Assembly: GCA_963737635.1 (NCBI GenBank)
Contig: CAVTTL010000001.1
Location: 2,112,001 to 2,176,000 of the forward strand
Reading direction: 5' to 3'
Length of the DNA: 64,000 nt
From: an uncultured Methanoregulaceae archaeon
GTDB lineage: Archaea; Halobacteriota; Methanomicrobia; Methanomicrobiales; Methanospirillaceae
The notes beneath the pieces are model-generated. The model was not told where the DNA came from. It worked only from the letters and a program-made list of their open reading frames with translations, and did no database searches. This document shows positions 20,006-30,500 of this stretch, in pieces. The first letter of the stretch is position 1. Each line of letters begins with the position of its first letter. Both the position numbers and the translations under genes were made by a program.

Positions 20006-22011
20006 TGTCGAAGAAAGATGATCGAAATCCATTTGCAACGGATCGATGGGAAGATGAGCGGGATCATCTTTTTTGGCTACCTTCTTCGTTTGAAAAATTG
20101 GAAAGAAACAGATGTGTTTACTTAATTGGCACAAGAGGTGCTGGAAAAACTACGATTTTAAAAGCATTGGATTGGAACGAACGCTTGACAAATAAATCCC
20201 TACAAAATCAAATACGTGAAAAAAACGGGGAGGATCTTTTTTCGAAACATTTCGTTGGAATTTATATTGACGTTGGTAAGAAATATATCTTAAAGAATTT
20301 TTATTCGTGGTTAAAAAAAGAACATAGTTCTATTGATACAATCGTAGTAGAAAGAGGACGCCTATTTTCACTCTATATAGAATATCTTGCAATATTCAAT
20401 TTGATTGAGGCCATCGAAGGTTTAAGAAATGAAAAAATTATAAAATACTTACCCTCTCAAGAACAGCGCGTTATTAATACAATTTTGAAAGTTCGTCCTG
20501 AGATAAAGAATTTTATTAGAACAAATGGCGAATACTATATTTTAGAAGACATTAGACTCGCAATAAAGAAGATATACGAAAAAATTTGGAACGATTCGCA
20601 AATTACGGATAGTGGAACCTTAAGTAATGAATTACCTAATCTTCAAATTGGATTGGTTTTGGGGGAATTATCAAAACCGTTACTTGGACTTTGTAATACC
20701 AAAACAGAAAAATATATTGTGAAAGTATGTATAGACTCCGTTGAAAGTCTCGATCTCGAACTTATAAAATCATTGAACACACTTATTGCGACTCATGAAG
20801 AACATACAACATTTGTTTTCGCATCAACTCATGAGTTTATAGACACGGAAAGTACATTTGTTCCAGATCATCCACTGACTCAAGATGATCGAGATATAAT
20901 AACTTTAGAAAAATTTTATGATGAGTTTCTAACGTTTGTTGAAGGAGTCACAAGATTACGTTTCGAAAAAGTTTTAGAGCATTCTTCTTTCGATGTAGAA
21001 ATAAAAAAAATATTGGGGGATTATTCTCTTAATCGTTTATTAGATTATGAATTAAAGAAAACAATTTCTGTTGAATATCAAGATTTCGCGAAATCTGTAC
21101 AAAATGATTTTTCTAAAAAATGGAATCGTTTACTAAAAAGTGTTGGGAAAGAAGCTCCAAAAGATCCCCCGTATATCGAAGCATATCTAACTAAAAAATT
21201 GAATATTAATCTAGATAAATATTTCAACAAAATGAATGAGTTCTCAATTCTCCATTCTAGTCAATACAGAAAAAAACAAAGAAGTGCTATGTTATGCCTC
21301 TGTTATGATTCTGAATATCCAAGCAATTTATCCGTACCTTATGCAGGATATCGGATGGTACTCAATATGAGTGATTCAAACATTCGCGATTTTATTCGTC
21401 AGATGAGGAATATTTATGATGTATCAATTCACAAACGAGAAAAGTTTTTAGAGAATACTGTGCCGCTTGAGATTCAGAAAAAAGGAATACGAACAGCGAG
21501 TGAGGTAAAGTATTCCGAAATCGAAAGAGGTTCTTCATATGCAATTGAAATTAGTAATATGGTTCGAGTTTTAGGTAATATTACCCATATCCTCCAAACT
21601 ACTTCTCAAGACGCATTAAGAATCACGGAAAGAGGTACTTACATTATAGATTATCTTAAACTTCCAACCCAAGAAAAAAGAGAGAATTTGCACAAAATAA
21701 TTTTCACAGCAAGCGTAAATAAATATTATATAAATGTTGTTGATGTAATTTTAAATCCAAATGATCGATCTATAGTCTCGCAAAAAATACGTTTACATAG
21801 ACTTTTCGCTCCTCTCTTTGATTTCTCATATATTTCAACAAATACAGGTCGAGAATATGAAATGGAAATTAACCCAAATGATCTGTTGGAAATATGTGAC
21901 ACTCCGCTTAAAGAAGATTTTAGAGAAATTGCTGACAGAATGTCAAAACGAATTACTCCAGGAGTAAATGGGGGGCAAAAAACTTTGTTAAATTGGCATA
22001 CTAATGACTGA
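20005..22011 (+). CDS. P-loop ATPase (ORC/Cdc6-like or STAND-like), putative defence component
   Basis: N-terminal NPF, Walker A GTRGAGKT, degenerate Walker B VCIDSVE, SDSNIRDFI and RLHRLFAP; coupled to the upstream gene (TAATG). Confidence 0.75.
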   Translation: MSKKDDRNPFATDRWEDERDHLFWLPSSFEKLERNRCVYLIGTRGAGKTTILKALDWNERLTNKSLQNQIREKNGEDLFSKHFVGIYIDVGKKYILKNFYSWLKKEHSSIDTIVVERGRLFSLYIEYLAIFNLIEAIEGLRNEKIIKYLPSQEQRVINTILKVRPEIKNFIRTNGEYYILEDIRLAIKKIYEKIWNDSQITDSGTLSNELPNLQIGLVLGELSKPLLGLCNTKTEKYIVKVCIDSVESLDLELIKSLNTLIATHEEHTTFVFASTHEFIDTESTFVPDHPLTQDDRDIITLEKFYDEFLTFVEGVTRLRFEKVLEHSSFDVEIKKILGDYSLNRLLDYELKKTISVEYQDFAKSVQNDFSKKWNRLLKSVGKEAPKDPPYIEAYLTKKLNINLDKYFNKMNEFSILHSSQYRKKQRSAMLCLCYDSEYPSNLSVPYAGYRMVLNMSDSNIRDFIRQMRNIYDVSIHKREKFLENTVPLEIQKKGIRTASEVKYSEIERGSSYAIEISNMVRVLGNITHILQTTSQDALRITERGTYIIDYLKLPTQEKRENLHKIIFTASVNKYYINVVDVILNPNDRSIVSQKIRLHRLFAPLFDFSYISTNTGREYEMEINPNDLLEICDTPLKEDFREIADRMSKRITPGVNGGQKTLLNWHTND

Positions 22012-23043
22012 ATTCTTTGAAGGTTATCTTTACGGTAGATCGAAATCTTTTGATAAGGGGATATCGATAGATGGATTTTTTGATTTGTTTATTTTTACGG
22101 CAGGATGGGAAGAACGCTGTACAAAAATTATCAGTCATAACTCCGATGAATTTTCATTTGATGAAGCTATAGTCTTATCGTTCATAAACTCAGGGAGAAA
22201 GGGCTGGAATATTAATTATTATAAGAAGATTCTGAGATTTATAAAAATCAATAAAAAAAAGAGGCATTCCCTAATTGTATTAGACGCATTAGTACCGAAT
22301 TTTGAGGGTCTAAAAGATATTTCTAAATTATTCGAAATAATTAAAACGAAACAGCAACAATTGAAAAGACCAATTGAACTTGGATTTGACATCTCCAGTT
22401 GTCCAAGAGTTGTTTTTTTACAAATATTGCATTACTGCATAGAGAATGATTTAACTAAAAGTATCTCTTTTTTTTATGCAGAAGGAATTTACGATTTCGA
22501 TGTTGCGCGTGATGAAGTATTTGTAGCCGGTGATTGGGATACAATTGCTATTCCAGGGTATGGTGGAAAAAATATCAATCTCCAAAAAAAAGATTATTTT
22601 ATTTTATCTTTTGGATTTGAACAAAAAGGATATCTTGGATGGGTCGAAGAATGTGATACATTAGCTAAAGTGGGGGTTCTTTTTCCGCACCCACCGTATA
22701 TCCCCAAATATGATAAGATCGGGAAAGCGAGATTAAAGGAGTTTAATAAAAGACTTGGATTAGACGACGAAAATGAAAAATTTTCGTTCGAGACAGCTAC
22801 ACTGGTGATGCCATCGAAGCTTGGAAAAAATTTGATTCGCTATTAAAGTCTAAGAAAGATTATAATGTCACATTTCTTCCGTATGGTCCGAAACCTCACT
22901 CGCTTGCAATGGGTCTCCGTTGTCTATTAAATGAAAATTTTGTTTTGATCTACCGAATATCTAGTAAAGGATATCATGAAATTGATGTCAAACCTTTAGG
23001 AAAACTTTGGCAATATGAAATTAGAAATTTAGCACTTTTTTAG
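22004..23043 (+). CDS. Third component of the AT-rich module (alpha/beta fold, unknown function); frameshift near 22800
   Basis: GWEER, FDISSCPR, FYAEG and SFGFE; continues in another frame as TGDAIEAW...PYGPKPHSLAMGL...RNLALF* ending at 23043. Confidence 0.7.
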
Positions 23044-23379
23044 TCTTTATAGATCGCTTCTATTTGATAGGTCTTTCCGATTTAATACCCGTACGAGGCA
23101 CCAGATGGGTTCCATCGACCCGAAAAAACAGAAAAATCCGCTACCTTCTCACGCAGTTGCACCTACCGAGGGAAACGTTACTCGTGAAGAGCTCACGAGG
23201 CCGGAGCAGAAGCAGCCGATCTCTTTCATAAATCTGGACACGATTATGCGAGAAGTCGCATCCTCTCATTTTTTGGACAATGCCTCGGGCCAAAAATCAT
23301 GGCAGATGCTCTCCACCAGCGCGAGGGACGGGATCTTTTGAAAGACGTTAAATTCGTAAAGTTTCGAATTCCGTATCGT

Positions 23380-23613
23380 ATGTCAGGTACATCTCCCTCT
23401 TCACAGGAAATCATATACAATATCTTGGTAGTGTTGGCTTGCGGCATGACTATTATCGATCTCTACTACAGCTACCAGTGCTTAACGACGACGTTCGGGA
23501 CGTGTACTCTGGAATCGGGTTCATATGTATTTCCTGCAATCTTCCTCGTGACAGCGCTTTTCAGCGGATACCGCCTCCTCTCTCTCCGCCGGATGAGGTT
23601 GAACGTTCCCTGA
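23380..23613 (+). CDS. Small hypothetical membrane protein
   Basis: Two hydrophobic segments after MSGTSPSSQE; start uncertain. Confidence 0.4.
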   Translation: MSGTSPSSQEIIYNILVVLACGMTIIDLYYSYQCLTTTFGTCTLESGSYVFPAIFLVTALFSGYRLLSLRRMRLNVP

Positions 23614-23653
23614 CGGGATAAGAAAGACAGTTCTGTTGGACATGAGGGTCCGG

Positions 23654-26600
23654 TCACCTCCCTCTCTCAGTATTTTTCAGACGGAAGATAAACTCCGTTC
23701 CCTTATCCGAGTGGACTTCGATCTCCGCAATGAGTTGATGGCGGGCAAGGAAGTTCACCAACTTAAGGCCCAGTGATTTTGATTTCAGGGGATCGAATCC
23801 TTCCCGGAATCCGCAGCCATTATCGGAAACTCTCAACACATCCATGCCATCTTCCTTGGCAAACGAGACCCGAATCGAACATGGAACTCCACGTACCGCC
23901 ATACAGTCAAACTCCGGCGGGAATGCGTACTTGAATGAGTTGGTCACCAGTTCGTTAATGATCAGGCCGGCCGTTGTTGCCCGGTCGATACTCAGGGTTC
24001 CATCAACGTCGACAAATACGTTAATGTCAGAACGTATTCCGTAAGACTGGGCAATCTGGTCGACGAGATTTTTCAGGTAGATGCTCATATCCACATTTGA
24101 AAATTTCCCGGTCCGGTATAACGTCTCATGAATTAATGCCATGCTCCGGGCACGGTTCTGAAGGTCATTCCGGAGTGCCCTCCCACTTTCTGTATCCTCA
24201 TACGAACTATCGAGGCTGAGTAACGAAATGAACGCGGTCAGGTTGTTTTTGACACGGTGGTGGATCTCGGAGAGAAGAACCTCTTTCTCTGAAAGAGCCT
24301 CTTTTAGGTTTTCTTCGGCCAGCTTGTGATCGGTGATGTCCCGGATTGAGCCGTCCCGATAGAGCGGTCGACCCGAAGCATCCCTGAACAGGGCCATGTG
24401 ATTGGAAAACCAGCGATAATTACCATTCTTCATCTGCCAACGATATTCTACTTCTCCTTTGCCGGTACTCTCCAGGGATTCCAGTGCCGATCGCATGGCA
24501 GAAATATCATCAGGATGGATCATCGATCTTGCCATTTTAGCATCCATTGCCAGGAACTCGTCGGAGGAAAAACCGGTTACCGTCTCGGCAGACGGACTGA
24601 TGTATTCGTACCTGCCGGTTTGCAGATTCTCGCGATAAATGAGATCCCTGGAATTGTCCAATACTGATCGGAATCGCTCCTTGCTCTCCCTGAGTGCCTT
24701 CTCTGCCTGTTTGTTTTCAGTGATATCGAAAAAGATAACAGCAAATTCCTTTGGTCCGGTCTTGTACGCCCTTACGTCGTACCATTTATCGAGAGGCCCG
24801 AACCTTTCCTCAAAGTGATATGACTCTCCGGTAAGAACGACATTTCCGTACCGTTCAAACCAGACCGGTTCGGCGTGAGGGAACAACTCTCGGGTTGTCC
24901 GCCCAACGACATCTTCTGCTTTAAGGTTGTTTATTCGTTCAAAAGCTGGGTTGACGGACAGGTATCGTAGGTCAATAGGCTTACCTGTTTCATCGAAGAT
25001 AATTTCATCGATGGAAAATCCTTCTGCCATTGTATTAAAAAGGGTTCTATACCGTTTCTCGCTCTCCCAGAGCGCTTCTTCCACCTTCTTGCGATCGGTG
25101 ATATCCCGGTGGATCCAAAGTCGTTCGAAAAGTTTTCCGCCAATAAAAATGGGAACATAATCCCGCAGCATAACCCGTTCATCTTGAAATGTAACCTCTT
25201 CCCCTAAAACAGGTTGACCCAAACGGACGATTTCCTTGATTCTCTTTACAGCCTTATCGGGGTTATCATACATATCCCGTATTTTTTCAATCATCTCAGT
25301 ATCAGAGATTCCGCGCAGATTAGTGGCAGATTCATTGAGTCCGAACATGTCACAAAAGCCCGAATTTGCAAATTCCACCTGACCCTCATCGGTAACCAGA
25401 AGAATTCCGTAATGCATATTTGAAAGGATTTGGTAAAACCGCCCGAGGGTGTTCTGTAGGATCTCTTCCATCGTCTTGCGCTCAGTGATGTCCCGGTTGG
25501 TTTCCAGCACCACATCGGTACCATCACTTTCATGGATGAGCTGGTGCCGGGTATTAACCACGATTTCCCGGCCGTCTTTTGTGTGGTGGAGGAGTTCTCC
25601 TTCCCAGAGGCCTTTTTCCCGGAGTTCTTTCTCAATCTGGTCCCATGGCTTTGGGTGAATGGTTGCCAGTATGGTATGGGTGATCCTGCCAAGCGCCTCC
25701 TCCTCGGTATAACCGTACAACAATTCAGCGCCACGGTTCCAGCTCTCGATTGCCCCACCTAATCGCCAGACAATAATGGCATCGTACGATTGCCTCAGGA
25801 GATCTGCCTGGCGACGCAGTATTTTGTCGGCCTGTTTGAGTTCTCCGAGGTTCCGGTTCAGCTCTTCCTGTGCCGCGGTAAGCTCCTCATTGAGTTCATT
25901 GAGTGCCTCGTTCTTCTTCCGGAGATCCAGTTCCGCCTGTTCACGGCCGGCGATCTCGCGCTCCAGGTCGGACTTTGTTGCGATGACCTTTTTCAGTTCA
26001 GAGGTCATCTGGTTGAACGAGCGGGAGAGATCAGAAATCTCATCGTCACCCTTCACGACAATCTCGTGATCGAGGTTGCCGGTGCCGATCATTCTTGCTC
26101 CTTCTTGTAAATCTGCGATCGATTTCAGCGTCCGCCGGTAATAGAAGAAGTAAACGGAGAGGAGGAGGGCCCCGAAGGTTCCCATCAGCACAAAGATCAG
26201 GAGCGTCCTCGCCATTTTCAGGCTGTCGGCTTCTGTCTGGAAGAGGCTCGCGAGCTGGTCTGCATCGAAGATCATCTCTTGGTTCTGGACCGCCATCCGG
26301 CTTTCTGAGATCTGGACATAGCTGTACTCTTCGGGGTTGCTTATCCGTACAGGACTCGACTCGATATTGTCAAAAACAGATTGGGTGGCCTTGAGATCTG
26401 ATGCCAGGTTGCCCACTAATAACTGCTGGCCCGGCTGGTCAATCGAAATGTTTGCAATGTCTCCGGAAACGGCGGCAAACTTCATAGTCCACTCGCTTTC
26501 CTGTTCAGGTGTTCGGTACAGGATATAATCGTTCGAGAGGTAGCCGAGCTCTCCAACGTCGAGGGCGATGGAATTAGCCGTATTTTCCTGGGCGATAAGG

Positions 26601-26701
26601 CGGTCCACCTGCTGATTGGTATTCAATACCAGGGCGAAAATAACGATGATAAGGAGAGCAAAGACGACGATGCCGGCAATCAGCTGGGTCCTTATTTTCA
26701 T
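23654..26701 (-). CDS. Membrane HAMP + multi-PAS sensor histidine kinase (HisKA_2)
   Basis: Two TM helices, HAMP (DEISDLSRSFNQM), four PAS/PAC repeats, EIHHRVKNNL H-box, NELVTNS and DNG.G motifs. Confidence 0.93.
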   Translation of the reverse strand: MKIRTQLIAGIVVFALLIIVIFALVLNTNQQVDRLIAQENTANSIALDVGELGYLSNDYILYRTPEQESEWTMKFAAVSGDIANISIDQPGQQLLVGNLASDLKATQSVFDNIESSPVRISNPEEYSYVQISESRMAVQNQEMIFDADQLASLFQTEADSLKMARTLLIFVLMGTFGALLLSVYFFYYRRTLKSIADLQEGARMIGTGNLDHEIVVKGDDEISDLSRSFNQMTSELKKVIATKSDLEREIAGREQAELDLRKKNEALNELNEELTAAQEELNRNLGELKQADKILRRQADLLRQSYDAIIVWRLGGAIESWNRGAELLYGYTEEEALGRITHTILATIHPKPWDQIEKELREKGLWEGELLHHTKDGREIVVNTRHQLIHESDGTDVVLETNRDITERKTMEEILQNTLGRFYQILSNMHYGILLVTDEGQVEFANSGFCDMFGLNESATNLRGISDTEMIEKIRDMYDNPDKAVKRIKEIVRLGQPVLGEEVTFQDERVMLRDYVPIFIGGKLFERLWIHRDITDRKKVEEALWESEKRYRTLFNTMAEGFSIDEIIFDETGKPIDLRYLSVNPAFERINNLKAEDVVGRTTRELFPHAEPVWFERYGNVVLTGESYHFEERFGPLDKWYDVRAYKTGPKEFAVIFFDITENKQAEKALRESKERFRSVLDNSRDLIYRENLQTGRYEYISPSAETVTGFSSDEFLAMDAKMARSMIHPDDISAMRSALESLESTGKGEVEYRWQMKNGNYRWFSNHMALFRDASGRPLYRDGSIRDITDHKLAEENLKEALSEKEVLLSEIHHRVKNNLTAFISLLSLDSSYEDTESGRALRNDLQNRARSMALIHETLYRTGKFSNVDMSIYLKNLVDQIAQSYGIRSDINVFVDVDGTLSIDRATTAGLIINELVTNSFKYAFPPEFDCMAVRGVPCSIRVSFAKEDGMDVLRVSDNGCGFREGFDPLKSKSLGLKLVNFLARHQLIAEIEVHSDKGTEFIFRLKNTERGR

Positions 26702-26778
26702 GATCGGTTACCTACCAGCATCAGGATCTTTTTCACGGGTTCACCTGTTCATTGCACGACATCATCGCAAAAACCACA

Positions 26779-27774
26779 TCAATAGAGGTTCACCGATCCG
26801 GGACTGACCGTCTCTAAGCCATCCGTGTATAAGTACTGCCGAAAATCCGGCACTGCTGTCGCATTCGTCATGTTGTTTTCAATCATCCAGCGGGACTCGT
26901 CATCCATTGCAGAAATAAGTGATTGGTCGAGGGAGAGTGTGAATTGGTGCCCAGACCATTCGGAAGACAGGTATGGCTCACTCATATTCAGCCGTTTCTG
27001 AACAATGGCCTGTGATTCAGCCGGGTTGCTCTCTATGTACTGGTCTGCCCGCTCGAGTGAGATGAGAAGCCGTTTCATTTCATCAGGATGCCCGGCAATC
27101 CAATCGTTGTTGCCCGCAATGATTTCAAAGACCATCTGGCCGTTCTGTGCAGGCCACACGACGGCATTTGAACCGAGATTATCCAGGATTTCATCGGTAA
27201 ATGGCGGGGAGTTAATGACTGCATCGATGCTGCCATTTTCAATATCATCGATGCTTTGGTAAACGTCCACATTAACAATATCGACATCACGAATATTCAT
27301 GCCATTCAATTCAAGGAATCTTCCGAGATAGAACTCCGATGCTGTATTCATGGTAACCCCGATTCGTTTACCGCGAAGATCGGATATATTTGAAATGCCA
27401 TGATCCTTTCTCCCAATGATTACCATGTGCGTATATTTATCAAAAACAGCAATGCCGCTGATGTTCCTGGTATTATTAAGCGCACTGTTCGCAATTACAA
27501 ATTCAGATGGGGTCGAAAGATCGACTACGCCGTTCAACATCGCGTTCTCTGTATCAAGACCGGATGTATAATCCCGCAAGGTGACATTGAGACCGTTCTG
27601 CGAGAAGAAACCCTCTTTGTCAGCGATATACAAAGGCGCTCCCTGAACGCCGGTTTGAACGCCAATAGTCAGAGGCAGCATCGGGCCGGAAGGAGGGGTC
27701 GTCAGAGAAAATACGGCAAATCCTGCCACGAGGATTGCAATAATGATCAGGGACACAAGAATATATTTTCTCAT
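26779..27774 (-). CDS. NMT1/SsuA/NrtA-type periplasmic solute-binding protein
   Basis: N-terminal TM anchor MRKYILVSLIII, YIADKEGFF..NGL and DLRGKRIGV motifs; co-oriented with the kinase. Confidence 0.85.
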   Translation of the reverse strand: MRKYILVSLIIIAILVAGFAVFSLTTPPSGPMLPLTIGVQTGVQGAPLYIADKEGFFSQNGLNVTLRDYTSGLDTENAMLNGVVDLSTPSEFVIANSALNNTRNISGIAVFDKYTHMVIIGRKDHGISNISDLRGKRIGVTMNTASEFYLGRFLELNGMNIRDVDIVNVDVYQSIDDIENGSIDAVINSPPFTDEILDNLGSNAVVWPAQNGQMVFEIIAGNNDWIAGHPDEMKRLLISLERADQYIESNPAESQAIVQKRLNMSEPYLSSEWSGHQFTLSLDQSLISAMDDESRWMIENNMTNATAVPDFRQYLYTDGLETVSPGSVNLY

Positions 27775-27868
27775 AACAGTGTTTTCCGTTACAGGTGGGG
27801 AGGTCTGGACAATAAATCGGGAATATCTGATGGTTGATTTTTGAAAATACATATATCTGGCGATTCTG

Positions 27869-27947
27869 GGCTCTGTAACGTCTGCGGATGGCACCATATT
27901 TTCTTCGACGAAGGCTTAATGCAACCACCCGAAGACTTGACGGAGCC
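27869..27947 (+). repeat. Palindromic element A1 (79 bp, IS6-like ends)
   Basis: GGCTCTGTAACGTCTGCGG...TTCTTCGACGAAGGCTTAATGCAAC...GAAGACTTGACGGAGCC. Confidence 0.9.
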
Positions 27948-28097
27948 TTTGCCGATTCCATCTGTCGAGCCTGTGACAAGTATAACCGGCTCTGTCGTGA
28001 AGGTGCATATTCGGGTGCAACAAAAAGAAATTATCGATGCGGCAAAGTGTCGCTGACGATACCATCACTCGCATCCCCTAATGATTATGATCTATGA

Positions 28098-28186
28098 GGT
28101 CTGGTGCGTTATCGGGATTTGATAAATTCATCTCGTCGTGATTTTTCATAAATGAGTATTGAAAGTCCCGCAAACGCACCAGAACC
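28098..28186. repeat. Palindromic element B1
   Basis: GGTCTGGTGCGTTATCGGGATTT...AAAGTCCCGCAAACGCACCAGAACC; ends 2 bp from the MBL gene stop. Confidence 0.8.
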
Positions 28187-28188
28187 AG

Positions 28189-29079
28189 TTAGCAGAACTG
28201 CCACGCAAAGCCCTCTCCCGAGCGGGTCACACGCCCTGCCGAGGTCTCTGCGAAATGGGAGCTGAAGTACAGGGCATGCCGGTCCGCGAGGTAGTCCAGC
28301 GCCCACTTCCGTGAGGCACGGGCCTTTTCTGCATCTTCACAGTATACCGAGTTCCATTCAGGGCGGAAAATCTGAATGGGATGGTGCATGACATCCCCGC
28401 CAAAAAGAGCCTCATTTCCGCCAACAGTAAGGCCGACTGCCATCTGGCCGACGCTGTGCCCCGGTACGGGATACAGGGAAATTCCCTCAAGGAACTCTGC
28501 CCCGTCCGGTTCAACGATCTCGGCCTGACCTGCCTGGATCACCGGAAGAACACTGTCTTCGTAGATGATGAATTTGACACGGTTCTTCTTCGGGTAATTT
28601 TCCGGGTTGGAATAATGTCTCTGTTCGGCCTTTGAGAAAACGTATGTTGCATTAGGAAAGGTCGGCTCCCACACACCATCAACGAATTGGGTGTTCCACC
28701 CCACATGGTCCACGTGAAGGTGTGTTAAGATAACATAATCCACCATCTCCGGCGTCACACCAGCGGCTTTGAGCCGCTCCAAGTAAGGAGTTTTCAACCG
28801 GTTGAGCCGGGGCTGCCAGGTACGTTCCTTATCGTTTCCTGTCGCCGTGTCAATAAGAATCGTATGCTGCTTTGTCCGTAGCACCCAGGTATGGATACTC
28901 TGAATAACATGCGTACGGGTCACATCCATATTCCCGGGAACCAGCCATTGTTCATGTTCCTGAATAAATGACGGGTTCCACTGGGGATACAGGTATCCGG
29001 GAGTGTTTGAATCGAGAATAAGTTCGGGTACGCGGGTGACCGTCGCGTCACCCGCACGATATACGTGGTTTTGGTCCAT
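28189..29079 (-). CDS. MBL-fold metallo-hydrolase
   Basis: LIDTATG, THLHVDHVG, PGHSVG, GDVMH and H motifs; start at MDQNHVY. Confidence 0.92.
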   Translation of the reverse strand: MDQNHVYRAGDATVTRVPELILDSNTPGYLYPQWNPSFIQEHEQWLVPGNMDVTRTHVIQSIHTWVLRTKQHTILIDTATGNDKERTWQPRLNRLKTPYLERLKAAGVTPEMVDYVILTHLHVDHVGWNTQFVDGVWEPTFPNATYVFSKAEQRHYSNPENYPKKNRVKFIIYEDSVLPVIQAGQAEIVEPDGAEFLEGISLYPVPGHSVGQMAVGLTVGGNEALFGGDVMHHPIQIFRPEWNSVYCEDAEKARASRKWALDYLADRHALYFSSHFAETSAGRVTRSGEGFAWQFC

Positions 29080-29215
29080 AGTTCTTCCACCTTGCTGCCC
29101 GGGCCTCTTTCTTCCGAGCAGATTTACGTTTCTGTACCGGATTGTAGGCTCTATAGTATCAAAAGATGAGCAGTTTGCACAATAGTATATACTATTATTA
29201 ATGATACTATTGAAC

Positions 29216-29312
29216 ATGCAGAGATCTCCTCCTCTCGGGAAATGCCCGATCCAGATCTCGCTCTCCGTCATTGGCGGAAAGTGGAAGCCCATCATCCTCT
29301 GGTTCCTCAAGG
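29216..29312 (+). pseudogene. Truncated HxlR-family regulator
   Basis: CPIQISLSVIGGKWKPIILWFL is the HxlR N-terminus, after which similarity is lost. Confidence 0.75.
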
Positions 29313-29416
29313 AAGTGTGCGGACACATTCCGGGATGGCGCAGGAAAAAAGCAGGATTAAAACCTTCAAATAATATCCCATAACGATTTTTGCCCGGGCA
29401 CCGAGATTCGTCGGTC

Positions 29417-29496
29417 GGTTCTGTTGCGTCTGCAGTTGGTAATGGATTTTTCATCTCATATAAAGTTACATATCAACCGCAAACGCAACGAAAACC
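29417..29496. repeat. Palindromic element B2
   Basis: GGTTCTGTTGCGTCTGCAGTTGGTA...TATCAACCGCAAACGCAACGAAAACC. Confidence 0.8.
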
Positions 29497-29531
29497 CCAT
29501 TACTTTGGTAGATGATTATTGAGTCGAAAAA

Positions 29532-30179
29532 TCAGAGTTCATCAATGGCCATTGCAGCTGCATTGATGATTTCCGTGATTTTGCGGATTTGTTCCGGTGT
29601 AACACTCTCGCGCGATACACGTGCTATCACGGCGCCGTGCAGTTTGTGGAAGGCTCCCATCATTTCCGGCGATCGGCCGCGTTGGAAACTTTTTCCCGCA
29701 TCTTCCAGCCGGTCAAAGAGCTCCTTCATGCGTTTTTCGTTGGCTTGGAGAAATTGCATTCCTTCCGGGGTCACCGAATAAACCTTCTTGGAGTTCTCTG
29801 ACGATGAGATGGTAAGCCCCTCTTCTTCAAGCATCGTCAGGGTTGGATAGACAACACCGGCACTTGGCGTATATCCACCTGCGAGACGTTGCTCCATGGT
29901 CTTGATGAGCTGGTATCCATAACTTGGCTGCTCCGCGAGCAGTTTAAGGACGACCAGTTTGAAGTCGCCGGCCTCAAATAAGCGTTCCCGCCCACCGCCA
30001 AAGCCACCCAGACCGCCAAAACCGCGGTACATCCGGGGGTCACCATGCATATGGTGCATCCGGTGACCAAAATCCTGATCGGGTCTCTCATGAGGCCCCA
30101 AGCCGAAACGGAGACCTCCGGAAAAACCGGGTTCGCCAGGGATGCATCCGTCATCCATGCCAAAAATGTGTTCAAACAT
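29532..30179 (-). CDS. PadR-family regulator, YqjI-like with His/Gly-rich N-terminus
   Basis: GDFKLVVLKLL..PSYGYQLIK...YTPSAGVVYPTL.MLEE motif. Confidence 0.9.
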   Translation of the reverse strand: MFEHIFGMDDGCIPGEPGFSGGLRFGLGPHERPDQDFGHRMHHMHGDPRMYRGFGGLGGFGGGRERLFEAGDFKLVVLKLLAEQPSYGYQLIKTMEQRLAGGYTPSAGVVYPTLTMLEEEGLTISSSENSKKVYSVTPEGMQFLQANEKRMKELFDRLEDAGKSFQRGRSPEMMGAFHKLHGAVIARVSRESVTPEQIRKITEIINAAAMAIDEL

Positions 30180-30204
30180 TGTTTTCTCTCCTTAACGAGG
30201 ATAC

Positions 30205-30251
30205 AAGATGTATCTTAAGATATATCTTAAGCACCTCAAGATATATCTTGA
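30205..30251. promoter_or_regulatory. AAGATATATCTT operator palindromes upstream of the PadR gene
   Basis: Perfect palindromes CTTAAGATATATCTTAAG (30214-30231) and TCAAGATATATCTTGA (30236-30251), plus AAGATGTATCTT (30205-30216). Confidence 0.75.
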
Positions 30252-30315
30252 CTTAGGTATTATTTATACTTTGTTAGAGAGAGGCAAGTTATCGGCAGTT
30301 ATTGATGTGGGCGTA

Positions 30316-30340
30316 TCACCACCCTTTAACTTATCAGAAC
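30316..30340. repeat. Half copy of element family C
   Basis: TCACCACCCTTTAACTTATCAGAAC is identical to 34504-34528. Confidence 0.75.
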
Positions 30341-30500
30341 AGGGCATCACCTATCCAGCATTAACCGCAGAAGTTCCACAATCACGTTCTGACGATAAAA
30401 TTCCCTGGGGATGGGGGAAATGTGGCACAAAGGGAAAGAGACCTTTTGAGGCATCTATGCAGGGACCGGTTCACCCTGCTCCAGTTGCCTCCGGGACCGG

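Noticed and set aside
23105-23341. 78-aa ORF after the AT-rich module
   Set aside because: No motif or SD; lies at the composition boundary and is probably a remnant.
29080-29454. Long N-terminal extensions of track ORFs 28189-29454, 26779-27897 and 35426-35896
   Set aside because: The extensions run through palindromic elements, promoters or opposite-strand genes; internal Met starts match the protein families.
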